A DNA stretch of 64,000 nt from an uncultured Clostridium sp. GTDB taxonomy: Bacteria; Bacillota; Clostridia; TANB77; CAG-508. Shown piece after piece: positions 46,243 through 57,307 of the stretch. The stretch spans positions 1,990 through 65,989 of the forward strand of contig CAMJCT010000007.1 in the NCBI GenBank assembly GCA_946404215.1, written 5' to 3'. The notes under the pieces were generated by a model. That model worked only from the letters and a program-made list of their open reading frames with translations. It was not told the DNA's origin and made no database searches. Position 1 is the stretch's first letter. The number at the start of each line of letters is the position of its first letter. Both the position numbers and the translations under genes were made by a program.

Positions 46243-47482
46243 ATGAGTAAAATAAACGAAAACTTTTTAGAATTAAAAGATAATTTTTTATTCTCTACAG
46301 TATCAAAAAAAGTTGCAGAATTTGCACAAAAAAATCCTGATAAAAAAATAATTAAATTAGGTATTGGTGATGTAACAAGACCAATTGTTTCAGAATGTAT
46401 AACAGCAATGAACAAAGCTGTAGCAGAGTTAAAAACAAAGGAAGGATTCAAAGGATATGGAGATGAACGAGGATATGACTTTTTGAGAAAAGCAATTGTA
46501 GAAAACGACTACAAAGTAAGGAATATATATTTGGAACCAGATGAAATATTTATATCTGATGGAGCAAAATGTGATTCTCGGTAATATAGTAGATATATTT
46601 TCTGAAAACAACAAAGTTGCCATAACAGATCCTGTATATCCAGTATTTTTAGATACAAATGTAATGTCAGGAAGAAGTGGAAAATATGATAAAGTAAAAG
46701 GAGTATATAAAAACATAGTCTATCTTCCAGAAACAGCTGAAAATGATTTTAAACCAGGGTTACCAAAACAGAAAGTTGATATTATATACTTATGTTTTCC
46801 AAACAACCCTACTGGAATATCCTTAACAAAAAATGAACTAAAAAAGTGGGTGGATTATGCTAAAATAAATAAATCTGTTATTTTATTCGATGCAGCATAT
46901 GAAGCTTTTATTACAGAAGATGATATACCTCATAGTATATATGAAATAGAAGGAGCAAAAAATGTTGCAATAGAATTCAAGAGTTATTCTAAGACTGCGG
47001 GATTTACAGGTATTAGATGCTCATATGTTGTTATTCCTAAGAGTTTAAAGGGGTTTACTGAAAAAGGAGAGGAAATAAGCTTAAATAAATTATGGAATAG
47101 AAGAGTATGTACAAAATTTAATGGGGTACCATATATAGTTCAAAGAGCAGCTGAAGCTACATATACAGAAAAAGGAAAGAGACAAATAAAAGAAAATATT
47201 AATTATTATCTTGAAAATGCAAAAATAATTAAACAAGGTTTGCAAGATATGGGATTTAAAGTTTATGGAGGAGTTAATTCACCGTATGTTTGGTTGAAGA
47301 CGCCAAATAATATGACATCTTGGGAATTTTTTGATGAATTATTAGAAAAGGCAAATGTTGTAGGAATACCAGGAAGCGGATTTGGACCTAATGGAGAAGG
47401 TTTTTTTAGATTAACAGCATTTGGAACAAGAGAAAACACCATAGAAGCGATTAATAGAATAAAAAATACTATAAAAGTATAG
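46243..47482 (+). pseudogene. dapL: LL-diaminopimelate aminotransferase DapL, interrupted by a +1 frameshift (extra C at 46579)
   Basis: Removing the C gives ..[44 protein letters not shown].., which is DapL-like. Start chosen at MSKINENF with the RBS GAAGGTGAG. Confidence 0.75.
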
Positions 47483-47526
47483 TATCATATATAAATTGTC
47501 GCATATACATTTTTGGGGAGGAAAAA

Positions 47527-48081
47527 ATGAAAGAAAAATTTTTACAATTATTAAGAACAGTAAAAAGAGAAGGAATAGAAGACTTAATAAATTTTCTAGA
47601 AAAATCAGATTTTTTTAAGGCACCTGCAAGTACAAGGTTTCATGGAGATCATGAAGGAGGATTAGTAGAGCACAGCATAAAAGTATATGAAATATTAAAG
47701 CATAAGGTTGAAAATTGCATATTAGACATAGATATTGCCGAAGAATCAATTATAATAATAGGTTTATTACATGATATTTGTAAAACAAATTTCTATAAAG
47801 TTGATTTCAGAAATGCAAAAAACGCATTGGGAGTTTGGGAAAAAGTGCCTTACTACACTATTGAAGATACAATACCATATGGACATGGAGAAAAATCTGT
47901 TATGATGATAACAGAATATTTAAAGTTAACTCCAGAAGAAAAATATTCAATACGTTGGCATATGGGATACACAGAACCTAAGGAAAACTATAATGCAATA
48001 GGTGCATCCTATACAAAATATCCAATTGCATTATTAACGCACGAAGCTGACCTAGAAGCAACATATTTTTATGACACATAA
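47527..48081 (+). CDS. HD-domain phosphohydrolase
   Basis: 184 aa. Motifs H..GLLHDICK and ..RWHMG. Confidence 0.5.
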   Translation: MKEKFLQLLRTVKREGIEDLINFLEKSDFFKAPASTRFHGDHEGGLVEHSIKVYEILKHKVENCILDIDIAEESIIIIGLLHDICKTNFYKVDFRNAKNALGVWEKVPYYTIEDTIPYGHGEKSVMMITEYLKLTPEEKYSIRWHMGYTEPKENYNAIGASYTKYPIALLTHEADLEATYFYDT

Positions 48082-48162
48082 ATAGTTATTTAAGATAGTT
48101 ATTCTAAAATTGTTTTATATATTATAAATAATAAAGTAGTTTTTATGAGAAAGGGAAAAGAA

Positions 48163-48793
48163 ATGTTAGCATATATAAATGGAAAATTAGAGATGAAAAT
48201 GACAGGTTATGTAGTTATAGATGTATGTGGATTAGGATATAAAGTATTTATGTCAGATGCAGGAATGGAAAAAATAGGAAATATTGGAGATATAGTAAAA
48301 ATACACACATATTATAAAGTTAGAGAAGATGATATAAGCATATTTGGATTTAATACATTAGAAGAGTTGAAAATGTTTGAATTATTAATAAGTGTCAGTG
48401 GAGTAGGTGCAAAAACAGCACTAACTATGCTTGCAACATGTGAACCATCAGATTTTGCATTAGCTGTAATTTCAGAAGACATAAAGACTTTAACTCGGAA
48501 TTCCTGGAATTGGTGCTAAATCTGCTCAAAGAATAATTCTAGAATTAAAAGATAAAATAACAAAAGAGCAACAAATTCAAAGTATTCAAAAAGATGTAAA
48601 TAACAAGTTCGTAGAAGAAAGCAGAATGAAAAATATAGTTGAAAATAATGCCAAAGTTTCAGAAGCAACTGCAGCGCTTCAAGTGCTTGGATATAATAGA
48701 AAAGAAATACAAAAAGCACTTGAAAAAATTGATAAAGCAGAGCTATCAACAGAAGAATTAATAAGAAAAGGGTTAAATCTATTAGGAAGATAA
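48163..48793 (+). pseudogene. ruvA: Holliday junction branch-migration protein RuvA, interrupted by a +1 frameshift (extra C at 48496)
   Basis: After the C removal the reading is ..EDIKTLTGIPGIGAKSAQRIILELKDKI... The C-terminal domain reads AALQVLGYNRKEIQKAL. Confidence 0.75.
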
Positions 48794-48820
48794 TAATTGA
48801 AAATATGTAAGAGGTAAAAA

Positions 48821-50054
48821 ATGAACAATAATGAACCATTGGCTTTTAGAATGAGACCAAAAAAATTAGAGGACTATGTTGGACAAGAGCATATTTTAGG
48901 TAAGGACAAAATATTATATAGAACTATAAAGGCAGACAGGTTATCAAGTATTATTTTATTTGGACCACCAGGATGTGGGAAGACATCCCTTGCAAGAGTT
49001 ATAAGTGAAACAACTAAATATAAATTTTACAAAATAAATGCAGTAACAGCAGGAGTGGCTGATATAAAAAATGTAATTGAAGAAACAAAAAATTTTATGT
49101 TAAATCCCATAGGTAAAAGTATATTATTTATTGATGAAATTCATAGATTTAATAAAATGCAACAAGATGCACTTTTACCATATGTAGAAAATGGTACAAT
49201 TATTTTAATTGGTGCAACAACGGAAAATCCTTACTTTGAAGTAAATAAAGCGTTAATTTCAAGATCTATGGTAATAAAATTAAATCCATTAACAGAAGAG
49301 AATATATTTAACATATTAAAAAAAGCATTAGAAAAAGAAGAAGGACTACGGAGAATACAAAATAAAAATAGAAGACAAAACATTAAAAAAGATAGCCAAT
49401 ATTAGTAATGGTGATGTAAGAACTGCATTAAATGGCTTAGAGATAGCCACATTGACGACCCCGATTGGAGCAGATGGATATATACATTTAACAGATGAGG
49501 TTATAAAAAACAGCGTACAAAGTCGAAAGTCAATATTTGACAAAAACGGAGATGCGCATTACGACAATATAAGTGCATTTATAAAATCAATGAGAGGTTC
49601 AGATCCTGATGCTACAATATTTTACCTTGCAAGGGCTTTAAATGGTGGAGAGGATCCAATGTTTTTAGCTAGAAGAATAGTAATATGTGCTTCTGAAGAT
49701 GTAGGAATGGCAAATCCTGAAGCATTGGTATTAGCTAATAATGCTATGCAGGCAGTGCATATGGTGGGTATGCCAGAAGCACGAATAATATTGGCTCAAG
49801 CAGCAATATATGTTGCAATATCTAAAAAATCAAATGCAAGTTATAAAGCAATAAATAATGCATTAGAAGATGTAAAGTCAAAAGATACAGGTGAGGTACC
49901 TATGCATATAAGAAATGCTCCTATTGAAAATATGAAAGATTTTGGATATGGTAAAGGTTATTTGTATCCACATGATTTCCCAGGTCACTATATAGAGCAA
50001 CAATATTTACCAGATAAAATGCTTGGAACGAAATATTACAAAGAAGACTTTTAA
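48821..50054 (+). pseudogene. rarA: Replication-associated recombination protein A (RarA/MgsA), interrupted by a +1 frameshift (extra C at 49349)
   Basis: GPPGCGKTSLA, ..IDEIHRFNKMQQD.. and ..TTENPYFEVNKALISR.. are present. After the C removal the reading is ..EKEEGLGEYKIKIEDKTLKKIANISNGDVRTALNGLE.. Total length is 411 aa. Confidence 0.8.
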
Positions 50055-50204
50055 AATAAACTAGGTTCTATTTTTAGTTACTAAAAAATACGAATAAAAA
50101 AAATAAAAAGATAAATAATAAATAAAGAAGCATAATTAAGTAGATTATAGATAATATAAGCTAAAACATGAGTAATATAATAGTTCTAAAATGGAGGTGT
50201 TTGT

Positions 50205-50345
50205 ATGAAGTTTTTAAAAGGAATTATGGTAGGAGGAATAATTACAACTGGATTGATAATGATGTACACAGAAAATGATATGATCAACAAGAAGAAATTA
50301 ATGAAAAAGGGAAAACAAGTAGTAAAAAAAATGGGAATAATATAA
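50205..50345 (+). CDS. Small membrane protein of 46 aa, not in the ORF track
   Basis: RBS GGAGGTG 7 nt upstream of ATG. One TM segment (IMVGGIITTGLIMMY). A terminator follows. Confidence 0.4.
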   Translation: MKFLKGIMVGGIITTGLIMMYTENDMINKKKLMKKGKQVVKKMGII

Positions 50346-50346
50346 T

Positions 50347-50371
50347 AAAGAGCCTGCAAAGTAGGCTCTTT
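50347..50371. terminator. Bidirectional terminator AAAGAGCCT/AGGCTCTTT
   Basis: 9-bp stem and a 7-nt loop between convergent genes. Confidence 0.7.
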
Positions 50372-50377
50372 ATTATA

Positions 50378-50866
50378 TTATTCCTTTTCTGAATTTTCAA
50401 TCTCTTCAGATCTATTACATTCATCAAGGATTTCTTTTCTATCGTCAATAAAACAGTCACACTTGTCATATTTATCACCTTTTAAGCATTTTCCTTCATG
50501 ATGACATTTTGCACATATTTTTATTTTTTTAGTATCATTTACCCAAATCTGTATAGCATATTTTTTTCCAGGACAAAGTGGACCAAATACAAATTCTCCT
50601 TCTTTATCTGTAAAAGTGTGGCCAATAGGTCTTCGTTCTTCTTTGCCATGCTCACAAACAATTTCTACTAGCTTTACGACAGCGTTACATACAGGCTCTT
50701 TAAAACAATTTTTTACAACTCCATAAATAACGTCGCGGTTATCCTCTGGCAAAGTCACATCAAGGTCAAATTGTTTACCACCTGAAATAACACCATCTAC
50801 ATCAATAATAGGACAATGAGGTTTTTTATCAAATTCCATAAATATTTCATTCCTTTCTTTAAACAC
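50378..50866 (-). CDS. Cys-rich hypothetical protein (16 Cys in 162 aa) with a prealbumin-like or carboxypeptidase-regulatory-like beta-sandwich segment
   Basis: ..GVVKNCFKEPVCNAVV..GHTFTDKEGEFVFGPLCPGKKYAIQIW.. plus CxC and CHHEGKC clusters. Confidence 0.35.
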   Translation of the reverse strand: MFKERNEIFMEFDKKPHCPIIDVDGVISGGKQFDLDVTLPEDNRDVIYGVVKNCFKEPVCNAVVKLVEIVCEHGKEERRPIGHTFTDKEGEFVFGPLCPGKKYAIQIWVNDTKKIKICAKCHHEGKCLKGDKYDKCDCFIDDRKEILDECNRSEEIENSEKE

Positions 50867-50978
50867 AACTAAAAAAGTTGATTATAATATAATATGAAAA
50901 AAAAGTAGAAAGTTGAAAGATTTTGTATGGATTTTTTGTCAATTGTCTAATATAATAGATATACAGGAGAAGATAGGA

Positions 50979-51344
50979 ATGAAGAAAAAAAGTGTAACAA
51001 TTATAATAATAGAATTATGTTTTTTAGCAATAATGTATTTTAGCTTAAGATATATAAAAATAATACCATCATGTTGGGTATATAAAAAAACTGGATTTTT
51101 ATGTCCTTCATGCGGAGGGACTAGATGTGTAGTTAACTTTTTACAGGGAAATTTTAAAGAAGCATTTAATAATCATATAGTATTTTTTTTAGGAATATTA
51201 TATTTAATAGTTATAAATATAGTATATTTAATAAACCTAAACAAAAAACAAAAAATTCTAGAATGGATATATCCTAAATATTGGTTTGCAATAATATTTA
51301 TTATAATATTGGCAATTTATACAATTCTAAGAAATATATTGTAA
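50979..51344 (+). CDS. DUF2752-like membrane protein (CPSCGGTRC motif)
   Basis: Start chosen at MKKKSV (RBS AGGAGAAG). Confidence 0.4.
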   Translation: MKKKSVTIIIIELCFLAIMYFSLRYIKIIPSCWVYKKTGFLCPSCGGTRCVVNFLQGNFKEAFNNHIVFFLGILYLIVINIVYLINLNKKQKILEWIYPKYWFAIIFIIILAIYTILRNIL

Positions 51345-51418
51345 AAAGTTGTAAAATATAGTATAATAAGTAATATACAGTATAATAAAATATATTTAAG
51401 AAAAATAGGAGGATAAAT

Positions 51419-51835
51419 ATGGAAGAAGATAAAAAAGAAGTTATAGAAGTTCAAAAAGTCGAAAATAATGAAGAAAAAGTAAAAACAAATAATAACACAA
51501 AAGATGCAGTAAAGAAAACAGAAGAAAATAACAAAAAAGGATGGTGTATAGCATCATTAGTATTAGGAATAATATCTATAGTATTTTTTTGTTTATGGAA
51601 TATATCTATACCATGTGGAGTTTTGGCTATTATATTTGGTATTGCTGGAATTAAATCAAAAAGCAAAGGAATGGCAATTTCTGGACTAATTACAGGAGCT
51701 ATTGGATTATTAATATCAATGACTATTGTGATATTTATATTTGTGTTTGGTATAGCATCAGGTATTTCAGATGTTGTAGATAAAGATAACATTAGAAGTT
51801 ATAAAAATAATTACAGTTACAATTTATATGATTAA
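51419..51835 (+). CDS. DUF4190-like small membrane protein
   Basis: Lys and Glu-rich N-terminus, then GWCIASLVLGIISIVFF and two further TM segments. Confidence 0.4.
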   Translation: MEEDKKEVIEVQKVENNEEKVKTNNNTKDAVKKTEENNKKGWCIASLVLGIISIVFFCLWNISIPCGVLAIIFGIAGIKSKSKGMAISGLITGAIGLLISMTIVIFIFVFGIASGISDVVDKDNIRSYKNNYSYNLYD

Positions 51836-51887
51836 TTAAACATAAATATATAATAAAAATATTGGTAAATATAAGGAGTTTGAATAA

Positions 51888-52103
51888 ATGGGAATAAGTA
51901 AATTATTAAAAAAAATTTTTACAAATACTCAGGATGAGGACGAATATAAAGGAAAAATATGTGCGCCTCAAGAAAAAGCAAGAGCAACAAAGAAACATAA
52001 GCATAACAAATACGTAGGAACAATCAAGATAGATAGCACTATAGAAAATACATTAGAAGAGCCTAGTGAAAACAGAAGAATACGTATTAATATTGAAAGA
52101 TAA
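51888..52103 (+). CDS. Small basic hypothetical protein (71 aa)
   Basis: RBS AAGGAG. No recognisable domain. Confidence 0.3.
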   Translation: MGISKLLKKIFTNTQDEDEYKGKICAPQEKARATKKHKHNKYVGTIKIDSTIENTLEEPSENRRIRINIER

Positions 52104-52173
52104 ATAGTATAAATAAGAATATTCTCCAAATTAAAGCATATAAATTAAATAGCTTTAATTTGGAGGTTTTTTT

Positions 52174-52947
52174 ATGTTTGTAGTATTCAACAAAGAAAAA
52201 ATATATGCATATTTAGTATCACTAATAACAGTTTTTACATTATTTTGTGTTGCAAATACAATAAATTTAAAGAAAGATATACAGGAAACATCTGCAAATA
52301 TTCAAAAAATGTTACCAATATACAATGTACAAACAGAAGAAAGAAATGTAGCCTTTACAATTAATTGTGCATGGAATGCAGATGATATAGATTTGATACT
52401 AAAAACATTAAAGGAAAACAATACAAAAATAACATTTTTTATGGTAGGAGATTGGATAGATAAATATCCGGAAGCTGCTAAAAAGATATACGAAGAAGGG
52501 CATGAGTTAGCATCTCATAGTAATACACATCCACATGTTAATAATTTAAGCTATGAAAAAAATATAGAAGAAATTGAAAAAAGTAATGATAAAATTGAAA
52601 AAATAACTGGTAAAAGAACTTCAATATATAGACCTCCTTATGGAGAATACAATAACACTGTAATTAAAGCAGCAAGAGATAAAGGCTATTATGCAATACA
52701 ATGGAACCTAGATACGCTAGATTACACAGGTATAACAGGGGAAGAAATGTGGAGTAGGATAAAAGATAAAATAAAGCCAGGAGACATAATACTAAGCCAT
52801 AATGGAACTAAGAACACTGCTAAAAGTCTAGATATGATAATTAAGAATATAAAACAAAAAAATTTAAATATAGTAAAGGTATCGGACTTAATATATAAAG
52901 ATAATTACAATATTAATGCAAATGGAACACAAATTAAAGAAATATAA
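52174..52947 (+). CDS. Polysaccharide deacetylase family sporulation protein (PdaB-like NodB domain with a divergent motif 1)
   Basis: HELASHSNTHP, RPPYGEYN and IILSHNG motifs. The TFDDG position is replaced by TINCAWN. Confidence 0.55.
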   Translation: MFVVFNKEKIYAYLVSLITVFTLFCVANTINLKKDIQETSANIQKMLPIYNVQTEERNVAFTINCAWNADDIDLILKTLKENNTKITFFMVGDWIDKYPEAAKKIYEEGHELASHSNTHPHVNNLSYEKNIEEIEKSNDKIEKITGKRTSIYRPPYGEYNNTVIKAARDKGYYAIQWNLDTLDYTGITGEEMWSRIKDKIKPGDIILSHNGTKNTAKSLDMIIKNIKQKNLNIVKVSDLIYKDNYNINANGTQIKEI

Positions 52948-53030
52948 ATATTTATTAAGAATTAATAAATAAGTATATAATTACAAAAAAAGGAAATAAT
53001 AAGTAATATTAAATATTAAGGGGATAGATA

Positions 53031-53540
53031 ATGTCATTTATAGGGATTATTTCCAATAAAAAAAGCTTCGACAATATAAAAAAAGAGTTGAAGAATTTAA
53101 AAAACAATATGAGCGTAATTCATATAAATTTAAATAGTATTTCAAATATCAAAAACATAAAATTTGAAGTAGTAATAATAGATGAAAGTATAGAAAAATT
53201 TGTGAACTATGAAGAATGCCTAAATAAGATTTGTAAAGAATGTAAGTATTTAATTGTAAATTCAGATTTAAACAAGAAAGAAAGCATTTTAGATAACAAT
53301 TCAAATACAATCATAACATTTGGACTAAATAGGAAAGCAACGATTACTATATCTAGTATAAGTGATACAGATATTCTTATTTATAGGCAGAAAACATTTC
53401 AAAACAAGTATAAAGAACAAGAAGAAATAGAAGAAAGAAGAATAAAAATAAAAGAAGAAAATAGATTGAAAACATATGAAATACTTATTATATATGCTCT
53501 TTCAAGTATATATAATAAAAGTATAATCTATGAAATATAG
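53031..53540 (+). CDS. Hypothetical protein
   Basis: 169 aa. No recognisable motifs. Confidence 0.3.
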   Translation: MSFIGIISNKKSFDNIKKELKNLKNNMSVIHINLNSISNIKNIKFEVVIIDESIEKFVNYEECLNKICKECKYLIVNSDLNKKESILDNNSNTIITFGLNRKATITISSISDTDILIYRQKTFQNKYKEQEEIEERRIKIKEENRLKTYEILIIYALSSIYNKSIIYEI

Positions 53541-53739
53541 TAAAATTCTAACTTTTCTACATAAAATTAACTTTTTATGTAGACAAAACCAAAAAAATAT
53601 TGTATAATATAAACTATAAGTTAAAGTGCGTAAAGAAAAAAATACTAGTAAGTTATTCAAACAAAAATAAGAATAACTTGTGTAAGACAAAAAATGGTTT
53701 TACATATCCATAAAAAGAAAAATAGGGAGGAAAAGAAAT

Positions 53740-54437
53740 TGAATACAAATTATTCAGAAAACAACTATATAACATTAGTTGGAAAAGTTACAGGAGAAAA
53801 AAAATTTAGCCATGAAATATATGGAGAAAAGTTTTATATTTTTAATTTAGCAATACCTCGTTTAAGTGGTAATAACGATATTATTCCAATTACAGTATCA
53901 GAAAGAATAATAAAAGAAGATACGCTACAAGATGAAAAAAGATTATTAGTAAAAGGTCAATTTAGATCTTATAACAGTTACGAAAATGAAAAAAACAGAT
54001 TAATATTAACAGTGTTTGCTAAGGATATAATTGAAGTAGAAGAAAAAGAAGATGATGAAAACGAAATTGTAAAAAAGGATATTATAACAAATGAAGTTGT
54101 ACTAGTAGGATATATTTGTAAAAAGCCGATATATAGACAAACACCATTTGGAAGAGAAATATCAGATATATTACTTGCGGTGAATAGAGCATATAATAAA
54201 TCAGACTATATACCATGTATTGCATGGGGTAGAAACGCAAGATTTTGTCAAAATTTAGAAGTAGGTTCACAAGTAAAAATAATAGGAAGAGTTCAATCTA
54301 GAACATATGAGAAAAAATATGAAGATGGAACTATTGAAAATAGAATTGCATACGAAGTATCAATAGGAAGTTTAGAAGTAATAGAAGAAAAAGAAACAGA
54401 GAATCAAGTAGAAGAAGAAAATCAAGAGGCAGTATAA
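53740..54437 (+). CDS. Hypothetical protein with two tandem SSB-like OB-fold repeats. TTG start with a GGGAGG RBS.
   Basis: Repeats ..ITLVGKVTGE..LLVKGQFRSY.. and ..VVLVGYICKKP..VKIIGRVQSRTYE... Acidic C-terminus. Confidence 0.35.
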
Positions 54438-54558
54438 GTATTTTAAAAATAATATATAAAAGTTTCAGAAGACTAGTCTTTTGAAACTTTTTTTGGTACA
54501 ATAGTAAAGTAAAATAAAATACTTAAAAAGTTAAAAAATAAAAAAGGAGACTTATAAA

Positions 54559-56268
54559 TTGAATAAAAAGAGAGATGTTAAAGAAAAAAAATCTATAAAG
54601 GAAAAGATTAAAGTAAGTAGTGAAATTAGATTTATGATTTTATCAATAATTCTTATTTCTATTTTTTGTGTAGCAATAACTCCTGTAACGCTACAAAATG
54701 ACACATTTTATAGTATAAAAATAGGAGAACAAATAGCAAATAATGGAATAGATATGAAAGATCATTTTTCATGGCATGAAAATTTAAATTACACATACCC
54801 GCATTGGGCTTATGATTTTGTAACATATCACATATACAATTTATTTGGAATGACAGGTATATATATAGCTACATGTGTATTAGCGGTAATACTGGGAGTA
54901 TTAATATATCTAGTTAACGTTAAACTTGCTAAGAATAAATTGTTTTCATTTATAATAACAATAGGAACAATGTATTTATTAAAAGGCTTTATTGCAGCTA
55001 GAGCACAGCTAGTAACATATTTATTATTTTTATTAACAATATATTTTATAGAAAGATTTCTAGAAACAAAGAAAAAAAGATATATTATAGGGCTAATAGC
55101 TATACCAATAATAATAGCAAATTATCATGTCGCAGTTTTTCCATTTTACTTTATACTATATTTGCCATATATAGGTGAATATATAATTGCAGTTTTATCA
55201 GAAATTATTTTGTATAGAAAAATAAAAATAAAAATATTAAAAATAATACTAAAAAATCTTGAGAAAAAATCAAATATAAATAAAGATAAAATAGAAAAAA
55301 TTGAACACGAGTTAGAGGAAATTGAAAATAAAAATGATAAAATAAAAATAAAAAGAACAAAACAAATAAAAGAACCATATAAAATAAGATTAACAAAAAA
55401 TAACAATGTTAAATGGTTGATAATAGTTATGATAATATGTGTTTTCACAGGATTTTTAACACCTTTAGGGGATACTCCATACACATATTTACTAAAAACT
55501 ATGCAAGGAAATACAACTGAAAATATAAATGAACATTTACCAACTACAATATCAAAAGATACTAATTTAATGTGTACATTAATAGTTTTCTTATCAATTC
55601 TAATATTTACAAAGGCTAAAATTAGATTAAGTGATTTGTTTATGCTATGTGGCTTATGCTATTTGGCGTTGAGCGCAAGAAGACAGGTAAGTATTTTTGC
55701 TATTATTAATTCTATTGTTTTAAATAGATTAATTGTAGAAATGCTAAAGATATATGTAGATAAAAATATTGAAGATATTGACAAAAAATTTATAAAGAAT
55801 ATTCCAGTATTGATAGCCATTATAATAATAACGTTAGGTCTAAGTTGGAATTTTGGAAAATATAAATTCAAAGAAAAATATATAAGTGAATCAACATATC
55901 CAGTGAAAGCATGTGACTATATATTGGAAAATATAGATTTAGAAAAGGCTAGATTTTATAATGAATATAACTATGGAAGTTATATGTTATATAGAGGAAT
56001 TCCTGTATTTGTAGATTCAAGGGCTGATTTATATGCGCCAGAATTCAGTAATAAGGAAGAAGATATATTTATGGACTTTATAGATACATCTAACATTAAT
56101 AAGTTCTACGAGGATGTATTTGAAAAATATAATATTACACATGTAATTTTGTATAAAAATTCTAAGAATAATATGATAATTGAAAAAACAAAAGATCCAA
56201 AATATAAAGTACTATATCAAGATAAACAATTTGTTATATATGAAAGAATAGATAATAATGAAAAATAG
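54559..56268 (+). CDS. Membrane glycosyltransferase of the GT39/GT83 (PMT/ArnT) type
   Basis: 569 aa. Multi-TM N-terminal half with a DxD-like loop. Lys-rich insert. C-terminal periplasmic domain. Confidence 0.4.
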   Translation: MNKKRDVKEKKSIKEKIKVSSEIRFMILSIILISIFCVAITPVTLQNDTFYSIKIGEQIANNGIDMKDHFSWHENLNYTYPHWAYDFVTYHIYNLFGMTGIYIATCVLAVILGVLIYLVNVKLAKNKLFSFIITIGTMYLLKGFIAARAQLVTYLLFLLTIYFIERFLETKKKRYIIGLIAIPIIIANYHVAVFPFYFILYLPYIGEYIIAVLSEIILYRKIKIKILKIILKNLEKKSNINKDKIEKIEHELEEIENKNDKIKIKRTKQIKEPYKIRLTKNNNVKWLIIVMIICVFTGFLTPLGDTPYTYLLKTMQGNTTENINEHLPTTISKDTNLMCTLIVFLSILIFTKAKIRLSDLFMLCGLCYLALSARRQVSIFAIINSIVLNRLIVEMLKIYVDKNIEDIDKKFIKNIPVLIAIIIITLGLSWNFGKYKFKEKYISESTYPVKACDYILENIDLEKARFYNEYNYGSYMLYRGIPVFVDSRADLYAPEFSNKEEDIFMDFIDTSNINKFYEDVFEKYNITHVILYKNSKNNMIIEKTKDPKYKVLYQDKQFVIYERIDNNEK

Positions 56269-56286
56269 ATTGTAAAGGAGAAAGTA

Positions 56287-57201
56287 GTGGAAACTTTTAT
56301 TGTAGAAAAATGCTATGAAGGAAGTAGAGTAGATTTATATTTAACTAAAGAAATAGAAGATATTTCCAGAGTAACAGTACAAAGACTTATAGACGAAAGT
56401 AAGATATTAGTAAATGGAAATAGAACTAAAAGTTCATATAAGGTTCAAGAAAATGACAAGATAACAGTGGAAGAAGATAAGCCTAAAGAAATATTTCTAA
56501 AAGCACAAAATATACCAATTGAAATTATCTATGAAGATGGAGATATTATTGTTGTAAATAAGCCCAAAGGTTTGGTTGTGCATCCTGCAAATGGTAATCC
56601 AGATGGTACATTAGTAAATGCAATAATGGCAATATGCAAAGATTCTTTATCTGGTATTGGTGGAGAAATAAGACCAGGAATTGTTCATAGACTTGATAAG
56701 GATACTTCTGGTATTTTAATAATAGCTAAGAATGATAGAGCACATATTAACTTAAGCGAACAAATAAAGAACCATGAAGTAAAAAAAACATATATAGCAT
56801 TAGTAAGAGGAATTGTAAAAGAAAATGAAGCAACAATTAATATGCCAATTGGAAGAAGTCCAAAAGATAGAAAGAAAATGGCTGTTGTAAAGAATGGAAA
56901 AGAAGCTATTACACATTTTAAGGTATTAAAAAGATATGATAAATATACATTATTAGAGATTAAGATTGAAACAGGAAGAACACATCAAATAAGAGTTCAT
57001 CTATCACAAATAGGATATCCAATAGTTGGAGATATGACATACTCTAATGGAAAAAATGAATGGCAGATAATGGGGCAATGTTTGCATGCTAAAAGCCTTC
57101 AGTTTAAACATCCAATAACTAATGAAAATATTTATTTAGAAGCGGAAATTCCAAATTATTTTAAAACATTATTAAAAGAATTAGAAGAAAGAAATTCTTA
57201 G
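56287..57201 (+). CDS. rluD: RluA-family 23S rRNA pseudouridine synthase (RluD-like); GTG start
   Basis: S4 domain, then HRLDKDTSGILIIAKN. Confidence 0.8.
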   Translation: METFIVEKCYEGSRVDLYLTKEIEDISRVTVQRLIDESKILVNGNRTKSSYKVQENDKITVEEDKPKEIFLKAQNIPIEIIYEDGDIIVVNKPKGLVVHPANGNPDGTLVNAIMAICKDSLSGIGGEIRPGIVHRLDKDTSGILIIAKNDRAHINLSEQIKNHEVKKTYIALVRGIVKENEATINMPIGRSPKDRKKMAVVKNGKEAITHFKVLKRYDKYTLLEIKIETGRTHQIRVHLSQIGYPIVGDMTYSNGKNEWQIMGQCLHAKSLQFKHPITNENIYLEAEIPNYFKTLLKELEERNS

Positions 57202-57307
57202 TATTAAAATAATAAACAATTATATTATAAATAAAAAAATATAAAATCTTTTTAAATAGGTAAATGTTATTAAGTATAATTATTAATCAGAAAGGTATGA
57301 AAGGAAA

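Noticed and set aside
46077-46451. Long N-terminal extension of mtgA in the ORF track
   Set aside because: It adds about 125 aa of low-complexity sequence with no RBS. The conserved MtgA start MKIFRKLF with a TM helix is at 46076.
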